Assembly: GCA_964346195.1 (NCBI GenBank)
Contig: CAYFUB010000097.1
Span: 4,688-68,687, forward strand
Length of the DNA: 64,000 nucleotides
Source of the DNA: an uncultured Pirellulales bacterium
Lineage (GTDB): Bacteria > Planctomycetota > Phycisphaerae > Sedimentisphaerales > Anaerobacaceae
Direction of reading: 5' to 3'
In this document: one piece after another, positions 55,796 to 64,000 of the stretch
Layout of the letters: each line of letters opens with the position of its first letter
Position numbering within the stretch: the stretch's first letter is position 1
Notes under the pieces: generated by a model
Seen by the model: the letters and a program-made list of their open reading frames with translations, nothing else
The model's database searches: none
Told to the model about the DNA's origin: nothing
Made by a program: the position numbers and the translations under genes

Positions 55796-57919
55796 TCATG
55801 TTCTTCCTAATTCGATGATAGCAACATCAAAGCGGTCGATCTGGAGGGATTCTCCGGTCTTTCTGCCGGTCAACAACTCAACTTTGTCCCTGGGCACCTC
55901 CACGGTCGTGGGCTCGTTGGTGTGATTGATGAGGAACAGCAGCCTGCGGTCCTGCTTCTGCCGTACCGATGTTTCCACGCCGGCTGGCGGAGTGACGACC
56001 GGGCGGATATCGGCGTCCTCAAGAAGCTTCTTGATCAGGGTGTCGTAGAAGGCTTCCTCCTTGACGACCGCTCCGACATACCATCCTTTCCCTTTGCCAT
56101 AGCTGTTCCGCGTGACGGCCGCGAAGGGCTCCAGATGCCACTGGCCCACGTACCGAGCCACGATCGCGGCACTTTCCGGAGTGACCCAGTCGACGTATTG
56201 AATCGCCGTGTAGGTGCCGCCAAGATTATCACCGCCATCGATTTTGTACTCACTGTCCGCTCCCAGGGAGCTGTATTCTTCGATCTTGACCCCCAGCGTG
56301 GGAGAGAGCAGTCCGGGCAGGGTCCAGTCGTGACAGAGATTCCGCTCGTCTTTCACCCCTGTCCTGCAATCGGCCAGCAAAATGCCGCCGCCCCTGACAA
56401 AGGCATTCAGCTTGTTCGCCGTCTCATTGGGCATGATCGACAGGTCCGGTGCGAGGACGAGCTTGTACTTCGACAGATCGGCGTGCCGATGCACCACGTC
56501 CACGTTGACGCCGGCCCGGAAGAGGGCGTCGTAGTACCGTTTTATCGCGCCCTGCAGGCTGTTGCCTGCGAAACCGGGCTGGAAGCTGAGTGACCACAGG
56601 TTGTCGTAATCGTAGATGATGGCGACGTCCGCGACGACTGTCGTTCCGCGCAAGGCGTCCTCTAGTTTGCGGAACTCCTGCGCCGTCCGGGCGGCTTCCT
56701 GGTAGCGTCTGAGGGGCTTCCCGTCGTGTCCGAGCAGCCCGTGCCAGTATTGCTCGCGGCCGGCGGTGCAGGTGCGCCATCGGAACCAGATTTGCCCGTC
56801 GGAGCCGTGCGCCAGTTGCTGGTAGGCGATTTTGCGAATCTCGCCCGGCCAGGGGTTGCGCCCGAAGCTCTCCCACCCGCACGGGCCGGCGGTCTGTTCC
56901 ATAATCATGAAGTTCTTCTGCTTGAGGCCCCGCATGACATCGGCAGCCAACGAGGCACTGTAGGGAATGTCCGGCTTATCCGACCAGATGGGGTAGTTGT
57001 CCCAGGCCACGAAATCGAGGTCTCGCGCCATGATGTAGTAATCGAGCGAACTGAAGAGTCCCATGAAGTTGTGGGTGACGAAGTCATCGGGACACAGGGC
57101 CCGAACAATATTGACCTGGTCGGCCTGGAAGCGAGCTTGCAGCCACGTGATGAACCGTTTCCAGTCGAGGCACGCGCCGGGATTGCCCATCACCCAGGGC
57201 CGATCCGTGCGGCAATCGGGTATCGTGATCTCGGCCCAGTCGGTAAACCTCAATCCCCAGAAATGATTTCCCCAGGCCCGATTCAACTCGTCCAGAGAGC
57301 CGTATTTGTTCCGCAACCAGGCCTGGAACTCCGCAATACAGGAATGGCAGTGGCACTCTTCGCCGCCGAACTCGTTGTCGATTTGCCAGCCGATGACATT
57401 AGGCGCCTTGGCAAAGTGCTCGGCCATGGCGCGCGTGATTCGCTTGGAGAGCAAGCGGTAGGCCGCGCTCGAATAACAGTTGTGTTTTCGTCCGCCCCAC
57501 ACGACGCGCGTGCCATCGGCCTGTATGCGAAGAGTCTGGGGGTACTTGCGGGCGACCCAGGCGGGCATCACGGCGGTGGGCGTGCCGAGGATCACGCTCA
57601 TGTCGTAGCGGTCCAGCAGCTTCATCACGTCATCCAGCCAGCCGAATTCAAACTGCCCTTCCTGCGGCTCCATCTCGACCCAGGCGAACTCCGCCAGACG
57701 CACGGTGTTGAACCCCGCCTCTTTCATGAGCTTGATGTCCGTTTCCCACCGCTCCCTGGGCCAATGCTCGGGGTAGTAGTCCACTCCAATTAGCATAGCC
57801 CGGCCCGGGAGCAGGGGTGACTGTTCCTGGTTGCCCAGCGTTGGGCGGACGCCGGGGCCTGGCCCTGCAAGAATTGCTGCAAAGCAGACGGTGGTGGCAA
57901 GGCCTGTGCAATGTCTCAT
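55796..57919 (-). CDS. GH42 beta-galactosidase
   Basis: IGVDYYPEHWPRERWETDIKLMKEAGFNTVRLAEFAW. WQIDNEFG (acid/base). FMIMEQTAG (nucleophile region). The start could be Met42 (57796). Confidence 0.9.
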   Translation of the reverse strand: MRHCTGLATTVCFAAILAGPGPGVRPTLGNQEQSPLLPGRAMLIGVDYYPEHWPRERWETDIKLMKEAGFNTVRLAEFAWVEMEPQEGQFEFGWLDDVMKLLDRYDMSVILGTPTAVMPAWVARKYPQTLRIQADGTRVVWGGRKHNCYSSAAYRLLSKRITRAMAEHFAKAPNVIGWQIDNEFGGEECHCHSCIAEFQAWLRNKYGSLDELNRAWGNHFWGLRFTDWAEITIPDCRTDRPWVMGNPGACLDWKRFITWLQARFQADQVNIVRALCPDDFVTHNFMGLFSSLDYYIMARDLDFVAWDNYPIWSDKPDIPYSASLAADVMRGLKQKNFMIMEQTAGPCGWESFGRNPWPGEIRKIAYQQLAHGSDGQIWFRWRTCTAGREQYWHGLLGHDGKPLRRYQEAARTAQEFRKLEDALRGTTVVADVAIIYDYDNLWSLSFQPGFAGNSLQGAIKRYYDALFRAGVNVDVVHRHADLSKYKLVLAPDLSIMPNETANKLNAFVRGGGILLADCRTGVKDERNLCHDWTLPGLLSPTLGVKIEEYSSLGADSEYKIDGGDNLGGTYTAIQYVDWVTPESAAIVARYVGQWHLEPFAAVTRNSYGKGKGWYVGAVVKEEAFYDTLIKKLLEDADIRPVVTPPAGVETSVRQKQDRRLLFLINHTNEPTTVEVPRDKVELLTGRKTGESLQIDRFDVAIIELGRT

Positions 57920-57937
57920 ATCGTCCCCTTTCTGTGT

Positions 57938-59470
57938 CTATGGTTTCTCGCAAGCGCCGATGGAAGGTCTCCCGGATTGCGGCAGGGCGCTGCCCCAGAA
58001 GTCCCGGCCGCCATTGTCCTTCAGGGAGATACCCGCGCCGATGCAGGGCGAGTCCGCCCCGAGCCGATAGGCGAACACACCGGCCAGGGCCGCCGGATCA
58101 GTGAGTGTCACGGTGCCAGGGCCCACCAGTAGCGGATCGACGCATCTGCCGAGGATTTCGTCGCCGGCCCTCTCCTGGCCGGTTGCCGCGCTCCATTGGC
58201 CAAGCGTTTTGTAGCCATCGAACGCTAATTCCCGCCCATCGGCGGACCAGTAGACGTTGCCCTCGAATCGTCCCCTTTGGGTCTCGCCCGAAATCACGTC
58301 ACCCGAACAGACGAAGATATTGTTGCGGAATACGACATCGGGCATGTACCGGCCCCCGAACCCGACGGCCGCACCGTTCTTGTTGTAGATCGTGTTGTTA
58401 TAGACCTGACAGCGCAAGGCGTTCGGACCGGCGGAGAAGACGTCGATGCCGCTGCGCCGGTTGTTCTTGACCCCGTCGTTCTGGCTGATGTTGTAGCGCA
58501 CGATGTTGTCCCTGAAATCAGGTGCGCCAGGATACTGACACAGGAAATATCCGGGGCCATCGTTGTTGTATGAGAGGTTGTATTGGAGGATCGAATTCGT
58601 GACCCCGCCGTCGAGGTCGAAACCGCCGCCATCGTCTCCGGGGCTCTTGTTGTCGTGGCTGATGCAGAACTGGATGATGACACGGTTACTGTTCCAGGCC
58701 CAGATGCCGACCGGCCCGTTGCCTTTTCGGGGCATGTCCCAGCCGTTGTTCGCGGCTTCGCAGTACTCGATGACAGTGTCCTCGGTATTGCCCACTACGA
58801 TGCCGTTGCCACTGTGATTCGTCAGATTCGAGGGATCTCCCGGATTGTTCCTGGCGACGCAGTGGCGGATTTGCACGTTCTTCGACCGGTTGCCGTAGCC
58901 TACGGTGATGCCGGCAGCGCCGTTCTCGTGGGCGTACACGTTCGTGATCCGCGCCTCGCACACGCCATCCGCCTGCACTCCGCTGCCCCGGAAGCCGCTG
59001 GCTTCCACGTGCTCGATCTGAAGCCCTTGCGAGTTGAGAATCCAGATGCCATCTTTCGTGTTCCCGCTCTTGCGTCCTGAGCCGATAAGATTCAGATCTT
59101 TCACAATGAGATGATCGCAGCCCTCGGCCCGCAGACCGCTGCTGTTCGTTCCGTTGATGAACGCCCGGCCGTCGCCGTATGATGTCACGACAATCTTCTT
59201 TTCCGACGTGCCGCTGTCATCCTGCCCCAGTTCAATCGTGCCGGTAAAGCTCGCGCCGCTTTCGAAGCGTATGCAGTCCCCGGGCTCGAAATTGGTGCTG
59301 TTCACCTTCGCGATGCTCCGCCAAGGCTCGGCCCGCGTGCCCGGATTCGAGTCATTGCCTGTGGGACTGACATAGTAGTCTCGCGCATGAGCGTCCGTCG
59401 GACCCAAGGCCCGCAACAGGAGACCGCACAGCAGCATCAGAGACTTGCGTGTCATAGTCCCCGACATCAT
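57938..59470 (-). CDS. secreted right-handed parallel beta-helix repeat protein
   Basis: Signal MTRKSLMLLCGLLLRALGPTDAHA. YYVSPTGNDSNPGTRAEPWRSI. Repeated N/G-rich turns. Lies 18 nt upstream of the GH42 gene. Confidence 0.8.
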   Translation of the reverse strand: MMSGTMTRKSLMLLCGLLLRALGPTDAHARDYYVSPTGNDSNPGTRAEPWRSIAKVNSTNFEPGDCIRFESGASFTGTIELGQDDSGTSEKKIVVTSYGDGRAFINGTNSSGLRAEGCDHLIVKDLNLIGSGRKSGNTKDGIWILNSQGLQIEHVEASGFRGSGVQADGVCEARITNVYAHENGAAGITVGYGNRSKNVQIRHCVARNNPGDPSNLTNHSGNGIVVGNTEDTVIEYCEAANNGWDMPRKGNGPVGIWAWNSNRVIIQFCISHDNKSPGDDGGGFDLDGGVTNSILQYNLSYNNDGPGYFLCQYPGAPDFRDNIVRYNISQNDGVKNNRRSGIDVFSAGPNALRCQVYNNTIYNKNGAAVGFGGRYMPDVVFRNNIFVCSGDVISGETQRGRFEGNVYWSADGRELAFDGYKTLGQWSAATGQERAGDEILGRCVDPLLVGPGTVTLTDPAALAGVFAYRLGADSPCIGAGISLKDNGGRDFWGSALPQSGRPSIGACEKP

Positions 59471-59634
59471 AACGCTCTCTCATGAACGGTTCAATTTTCC
59501 ATATGGCAGCTTGGCGCCTTCGGAATCCGGTTATGGACAAGAGAAGGGGAAATGATAGAATCCTGGCACCGCGCGGCATTTGCAGCAAGCGCACGGCACG
59601 CCGGCAGGCATCGAATTGAGAGTGGAGTGAGCTT

Positions 59635-60867
59635 ATGAGACGTCGGGATTTTGTGACGGGCACGACCATCGGTTTGGCAGCACTGGCGACCAGCCGGGCG
59701 GCAGGTACAGACGCGAAGACGGGCGGATATCGGGTCGCGATTATAGGCAGAACGGGCCGGGGAGACTATGGTCATGGGCTCGACGTGGTGTGGAACGGGA
59801 TCGAGCAGACCAAAGTTGTAGCTGTTGCTGATCCGGATCCACAAGGGCGTGCAGCAGCGGCCCAACGGGTCAAAGCACCAAGGAGCTATGCGGATCATCG
59901 CCGGATGCTGGAGAAGGAGCGTCCCCACATCGTGAGCGTGGCCCCGCGCTGGCTGGACTGCCACCGTGACATGGTGCTGGCGTGTGCCGAGCACGGCTGT
60001 CACGTTTTTCTGGAGAAACCGATGTGTCAGAGCCTCGAACAGGCGGACGAGATGATTGCTGCACTGGAAAAGAAGAACCTGAAGCTGGCGATCGCCCACC
60101 AGACGCGCTACAGCCCGGCCCTGGCCCACGCGAAGAGAGCAATCGAAGAGGGTCTGCTCGGGGACCTTCTCGAACTGCGCGGCCGGGGCAAGGAAGACCG
60201 TCGCGGCGGCGGCGAGGACCTCATGGTGCTTGGCACGCATATCATGGATCTCATGCGTTTCTTCACGGGAGACCCGCAATGGTGCTTTGCCCGGGCGAAA
60301 AGCAATCAACGTCCGGTCGGCGACAGTGACGTGCGTGAGGGGGCCGAGGGCATAGGTCCTCTTGCCGGTGACGAGATTCACGCCGTGTATGGGTTTGGCG
60401 GAGTGACCACGGGCTATTTCTCCACGCATCGGGCCCGGCACGGAGCCTCAGCGCGGTTTGGCCTCATGGTGTACGCGAGCAGGGGGATTCTCACGACAAC
60501 CACCGGCGCGGTGCCCGAAGTCTGGGTCGTGGAGGACCCGTCCTGGCAGCCCGGACGCAGCAAGGCCCCATGGAAACGAATATCGAGCGAAGGGATGGAC
60601 AGGCCCGAGCCCCTGAGTGATCCGCAACACCGATACGGCAACCGGCTGATCGCACTGGACCTCATCCGAGCCATTGAGACTGACAGTCAGCCGCACGGCA
60701 GCATGTACGATGCGCGAGCGGCACTGGAAATGATCCTGGCGGTATATGAATCCCATCGGCTGAATGCGCCGGTTCGTCTGCCGCTCGATAACCGCAAGCA
60801 TCCGTTGAGCGTCACCGGCAAGGGGCTTTCCGAGGTTCGGTCGTCTCTTTCGGATCGAGAATCGTGA
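59635..60867 (+). CDS. Gfo/Idh/MocA-family oxidoreductase with Tat signal
   Basis: MRRRDFVTGTTIGLAALATSRAAG. Rossmann motif RVAIIGRTGRGDYGHG. EKPMCQSLEQADEMI. Confidence 0.9.
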   Translation: MRRRDFVTGTTIGLAALATSRAAGTDAKTGGYRVAIIGRTGRGDYGHGLDVVWNGIEQTKVVAVADPDPQGRAAAAQRVKAPRSYADHRRMLEKERPHIVSVAPRWLDCHRDMVLACAEHGCHVFLEKPMCQSLEQADEMIAALEKKNLKLAIAHQTRYSPALAHAKRAIEEGLLGDLLELRGRGKEDRRGGGEDLMVLGTHIMDLMRFFTGDPQWCFARAKSNQRPVGDSDVREGAEGIGPLAGDEIHAVYGFGGVTTGYFSTHRARHGASARFGLMVYASRGILTTTTGAVPEVWVVEDPSWQPGRSKAPWKRISSEGMDRPEPLSDPQHRYGNRLIALDLIRAIETDSQPHGSMYDARAALEMILAVYESHRLNAPVRLPLDNRKHPLSVTGKGLSEVRSSLSDRES

Positions 60868-61067
60868 AGAAGGGGGTGCAGGTCAGATTGCCGAACCGCA
60901 GCAGCCCGCAAGCCCGGTACGCCTGTTCCGCCGCGAATCTTCCATCGAGCTCGAGTCCCTTCCGCGACCCTGTCCCGTATTTGTCACCATCACCAGTGCG
61001 GTATGGCCGGCGCCGGCGCCGGCAAACGCCGTCTGCAAAAAAAGCGAAAAATACGTATTTCCCTTAA

Positions 61068-61095
61068 TTGACGCCGAGAGTCGGGACCCTATAAT
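61068..61095 (+). promoter_or_regulatory. near-consensus sigma70-type promoter
   Basis: TTGACG (61068-61073), 16-nt spacer, TATAAT (61090-61095). An A-rich tract lies upstream at 61036-61051. Confidence 0.45.
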
Positions 61096-61488
61096 GTGTC
61101 ACTGGCTTATAAGGAGATCAGGGACTCATGAGTCGCGCGTAAGCGCGAAACCGTCTCGTGGGGGTGGATTGTCCGGTGGGAAAAACCGGAGGAGATTCAG
61201 GATGAATCAAGGTCATCGCTAACCGCCATCCCCAGGTACCCTCACCAATCCGATCGGTAGCTGGGACATTCTCCTGTGGTACAGTCGGCGCGTGTACATC
61301 GACGGGAGACCTGAGGACGACGTGGGGTGAGGCAGTGAATTTATCAATTGGACTCCGCGAGCAAGGAGTGTCTGCGCGCAGCATGCCAGGGTGACTTGGC
61401 AGGACGTGGCTTGAATAGACACTGAATAGACACTGTTTGAGAATCCCTTGCGGGAGCCGGGAAGGCCGGGTGAAAAAGGAGGACAATC

Positions 61489-62589
61489 ATGGTAAACGAC
61501 AGATGCAGGGTGGCGGCGTTTTTCGGGGTACTTGTGTCCTTACTACCGACGGTTGGGATCTTCGCCTCGGAAATGCCGGTCGTGGTGGATGCTATCGCTG
61601 CGCGACTCGATCAAGTCCAAATCAAGGAGGGCCCGTTTGCCGGAGATTGGGGCGGTGAATGGGGATTCAATGGTTCAGTTGTCGCCGGAATGGTTGACGC
61701 CTACGAGCAGACGGGCAACGTCACATACAAGACGGCCGCCCTTTTGGGGGGGGAATTCATCCTAAACGAAGCTCGAGGTGTCTTCATGGGTGACGAGGTC
61801 TACGCACTGGTACGACTCAGTGAGATCACCGTCCCTCCGGAGAGCGACCGTTGGCGTGGCTTCGTGACCAGGTTCTTCGATGAGATTCTGGACTGTCCGT
61901 GCGGCGTCAACAATTATGCGGACCTGTACCTGGAGATCGATCCGTCGACGGCGGTTTTCTATCTGGCACACTACGCCGTTGCCGCCCATCTCGTGCAGGC
62001 CAAGTGCACCGATCACTGGCGGCAGGTAGTGGTTCGCGGTCTTTCACGGGTCGGCGATGAGACTGCGAGTTTTCCCGTGATGGCCCTGGGCGTGGCCACC
62101 TGGGCCTTGGCGACAACCGGCGAGCTCGACGACACTTTCGTCGGTTCCTATGGCAACATCCCCTATTGGCAGGGCGTAGTCCTGGGCGATCTGCCCGGAC
62201 TCCTGGCTGGCCATCAGGTGCCGCAAGGCGAACCCTTTGGCGGCAGCTTCTACTGGCGCTTTGACCACACGTTCGGGCCGTTTGCGGGTCCGGTCGCGGG
62301 CTACACGGAGGATAGCATTTACGGTGCGCTCGGACTCGTTGCGGCCGCCTCCGCGCAGGAGGGGCTCTTCCAAGGGGACGTGCAGGAGCAAATCCGCGCC
62401 GTCTATGCCGCGCTTCTGAATGGAGTTGAGGAGGACGGAACCGTGTACGAGCATTTGTCGCGCGAGGGCCACGCCTACCACGCCTTCGCGGGCGAAATGC
62501 TGCAAGGGTTGTGCGGCGTGAAAACGTACCTGGATATGAAGGAAGCGATGGAAGCCACGGAGGCAACCTCTGCCGTGGCGCCGGAGTAA
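61489..62589 (+). CDS. hypothetical secreted protein (possibly alpha/alpha-toroid, prenyltransferase/terpene-cyclase-like repeats)
   Basis: aaggagg 7 nt upstream of the ATG. Signal-like VAAFFGVLVSLLPTVGIFA. The fold guess rests only on a QxxxGxxxxxW-like pattern and helical repeats. Confidence 0.6.
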   Translation: MVNDRCRVAAFFGVLVSLLPTVGIFASEMPVVVDAIAARLDQVQIKEGPFAGDWGGEWGFNGSVVAGMVDAYEQTGNVTYKTAALLGGEFILNEARGVFMGDEVYALVRLSEITVPPESDRWRGFVTRFFDEILDCPCGVNNYADLYLEIDPSTAVFYLAHYAVAAHLVQAKCTDHWRQVVVRGLSRVGDETASFPVMALGVATWALATTGELDDTFVGSYGNIPYWQGVVLGDLPGLLAGHQVPQGEPFGGSFYWRFDHTFGPFAGPVAGYTEDSIYGALGLVAAASAQEGLFQGDVQEQIRAVYAALLNGVEEDGTVYEHLSREGHAYHAFAGEMLQGLCGVKTYLDMKEAMEATEATSAVAPE

Positions 62590-62681
62590 CGCCGGAGCGA
62601 GTGGAAATCAGGGACGCACCGCGGCGTTATGGGATTTCGTCCGGCAATCCGTAGCGGACGGTGATTTGGAAAGGAGTCAGC

Positions 62682-62996
62682 ATGAGAAGAGTGAAGCGGC
62701 GTGACATCAAGAAAAGTGTTGTCCTGGCGGCCATTATCCTGTGGGTGGTATTCGTTGTTCTGAGCTCAACCGGATTTGCCGCGCTGGGGCAGGGCTCTGC
62801 AAGATCTGCCATCAGGCAGGCGAGCGTTTTCGACCCGTTCACGCTCAGGACCGTCGTACTATCCAGTACATCATCGGGCGGCCAGCCCGAGAACCCTCCG
62901 GGGCTTGTCAACAATCCCAATCCCCGGCGCGCGGTCCGGATACCGTTCAGGCTGCCCGTGCGCAGTCCCTGCAAGCCGGGATTGGATCGACGTTAG
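62682..62996 (+). CDS. small membrane-anchored hypothetical protein
   Basis: aaggag 6 nt upstream of ATG 62682. Basic N-terminus plus TM (MRRVKRRDIKKSVVLAAIILWVVFVVLSS). Pro/Arg-rich tail. Confidence 0.4.
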   Translation: MRRVKRRDIKKSVVLAAIILWVVFVVLSSTGFAALGQGSARSAIRQASVFDPFTLRTVVLSSTSSGGQPENPPGLVNNPNPRRAVRIPFRLPVRSPCKPGLDRR

Positions 62997-63564
62997 CGGA
63001 TAGTCGTCTCCGTCAGGGATGATCGGCGTCCCGTGACTGTCCAGGGAAGTGCCCGGACAGCAGGCGAAGAGGGTACGGACAGAGGGTGATTGTTGCAGAG
63101 CGCACCCGTGCATGCAGAAAGGACGGTATGAACTCCGGCTCCTGGGAGTCGAGCCAGCACGGATGATGCATGTTGGCGCCAAGAGGAGTTAGAGGAGGAT
63201 ACGAGGTACCAAGATGAAAATGGGCGATTTTCTTCATTGAGGAACTCCGTTGTCTTGGGCGCGCACGCAAACTCGCGGTGTGGAACCGGCATAATCTGTG
63301 AGCGTGAGCGTCGCCAGGCATTTGTGTCCTGAGGACCGGCCGTGAGCCGTGGTGAAAGCATGGAAGCTGTACTGCTATAGCGCGCTCACATGGTTTTGTG
63401 AGTGCCGTGGTCGTGTCCGCAGGATCCGGGTTCCGTGACCAGAAGATGGCGTCCGGCTGGGGTGGGCCGGCGCGGGTGAGTGAGAGTTGTAGATCTGAGA
63501 GGCCATGGTCTATGTCTTATGATCCTGGCAAGGAAAACCTGGGAAGAGGTTTGGAGGTGGAGTG

Positions 63565-64000
63565 ATGAGGCGATCGATGCGGGGACAACAATCGTCATTC
63601 GAGCGAACCGCCGGGTTTTGCATTTTCGTGCTTCTTCTGGCGGAAGCCTGCTGTGTTCTGACCGGTTGTGGGGACGGGATTCGCGCGCCGGCTGCGGAGG
63701 AACTCACCATGTTCGAGGCGGTGGCGCCCGCCGGCCCTTCCCTCGACATGGATCGTATCGCGCAGGCCAGAATCCCCACCGGTCCGTACCGGGTCGTGCC
63801 CGGTGACGTTCTGCAGGTGGAAATGCCACGGGTACTGGACCCACAGTCACTGGAGGCCGCGCCGGCGGCCGGCGGGCGACAAACCTACGTGTGCCGGGTC
63901 AGTGACGAGGGGACCGTCGTGCTGCCGATCGTTGGCCCGTTTCCCGTGGCAGGAAAAACGCTCGCGCAAATCGAGTCCGCTGTCATCGGTGAATACTACC
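63565..64000 (+). CDS. polysaccharide export outer-membrane lipoprotein (Wza/Poly_export-like), 5' partial
   Basis: Not in the ORF track because it runs off the window. My own translation: MRRSMRGQQSSFERTAGFCIFVLLLAEACCVLTGC (lipobox LTGC). Then YRVVPGDVLQVEM...DEGTVVLPIVGPFPVAGKTLAQIESAV, matching the Poly_export motif pattern. Confidence 0.6.
   Translation, partial: MRRSMRGQQSSFERTAGFCIFVLLLAEACCVLTGCGDGIRAPAAEELTMFEAVAPAGPSLDMDRIAQARIPTGPYRVVPGDVLQVEMPRVLDPQSLEAAPAAGGRQTYVCRVSDEGTVVLPIVGPFPVAGKTLAQIESAVIGEYY

Noticed and set aside
61100-61440. Known structured RNAs (RNase P RNA, tmRNA, SRP RNA, cobalamin/TPP/guanidine riboswitches)
   Set aside because: I could not find the conserved boxes: no GAGGAAAGUCC, no tmRNA tag ORF or 3' tRNA-like end, no B12 box, no CUGAGA/ACCUGAUCUGG. 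The CGGTGGGAAAAACCGGAGGAGA segment only loosely resembles the ykkC 3' consensus, and the 5' half is missing.
1-64000. Mobile genetic element, prophage, defence island, or tRNA/rRNA genes
   Set aside because: I recognised no integrase, transposase, phage structural, restriction, toxin-antitoxin or cas-like proteins in any frame. I saw no T-loop (GGTTCGA-type) tRNA signatures in the intergenic regions. Only short non-autonomous palindromic repeats are present.

Overview
High-GC bacterial chromosome segment with about 38 protein-coding genes. I recognised no rRNA, tRNA, CRISPR array, transposase or integrase. All family calls come from motif recognition by eye in the supplied translations, with no searches run. 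The gene content points to Planctomycetota or another PVC-group organism (inference): an H-X9-DG/DUF1559 pseudopilin, a DUF1549/DUF1553 plus DUF1501 pair, Tat-signal sulfatase-type enzymes, lamin-tail/CotH giants, and many secreted glycan-active proteins. Layout: (1) 1-23.1 kb is a glycan-utilisation-like region. It holds beta-helix proteins, GH-like fusions, two inverted paralogous discoidin-type giants, an AraC regulator diverging from a pseudopilin/lectin/CotH operon, and a convergent second CotH paralogue broken by one in-frame TAG. (2) 23.4-28.1 kb is a compact TetR-headed operon: lysine-2,3-aminomutase-family radical SAM enzyme, then a Ddl-like ATP-grasp ligase, then an ATP-grasp-GNAT fusion. 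This is my top candidate for an undescribed system, possibly a beta-lysine-derived N-acetylated peptide or solute, or a modification pathway. (3) 28.3-36.5 kb carries DUF1549/1553, an arylsulfatase, DUF1501, a PPC-domain protein and a glycosidase. (4) 37.2-50.2 kb is an 11-gene type II secretion / type IV pilus hybrid cluster (gspEFG, minor pseudopilins, gspK, then pilMN/O/P-like genes and a secretin). It has unusually long, mutually homologous pseudopilin leaders and AT-rich heptamer/hairpin elements. (5) 50.2-64 kb carries a D-aminoacylase, an esterase-like hydrolase, a CBM9-like protein, a GH42 beta-galactosidase, a beta-helix protein, a Gfo/Idh/MocA oxidoreductase, hypotheticals, and the 5' end of a Wza-like polysaccharide export lipoprotein. 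Several intergenic regions carry families of short palindromic (REP/MITE-like) repeats. Many long antisense ORFs in the track are high-GC shadow ORFs and were rejected.
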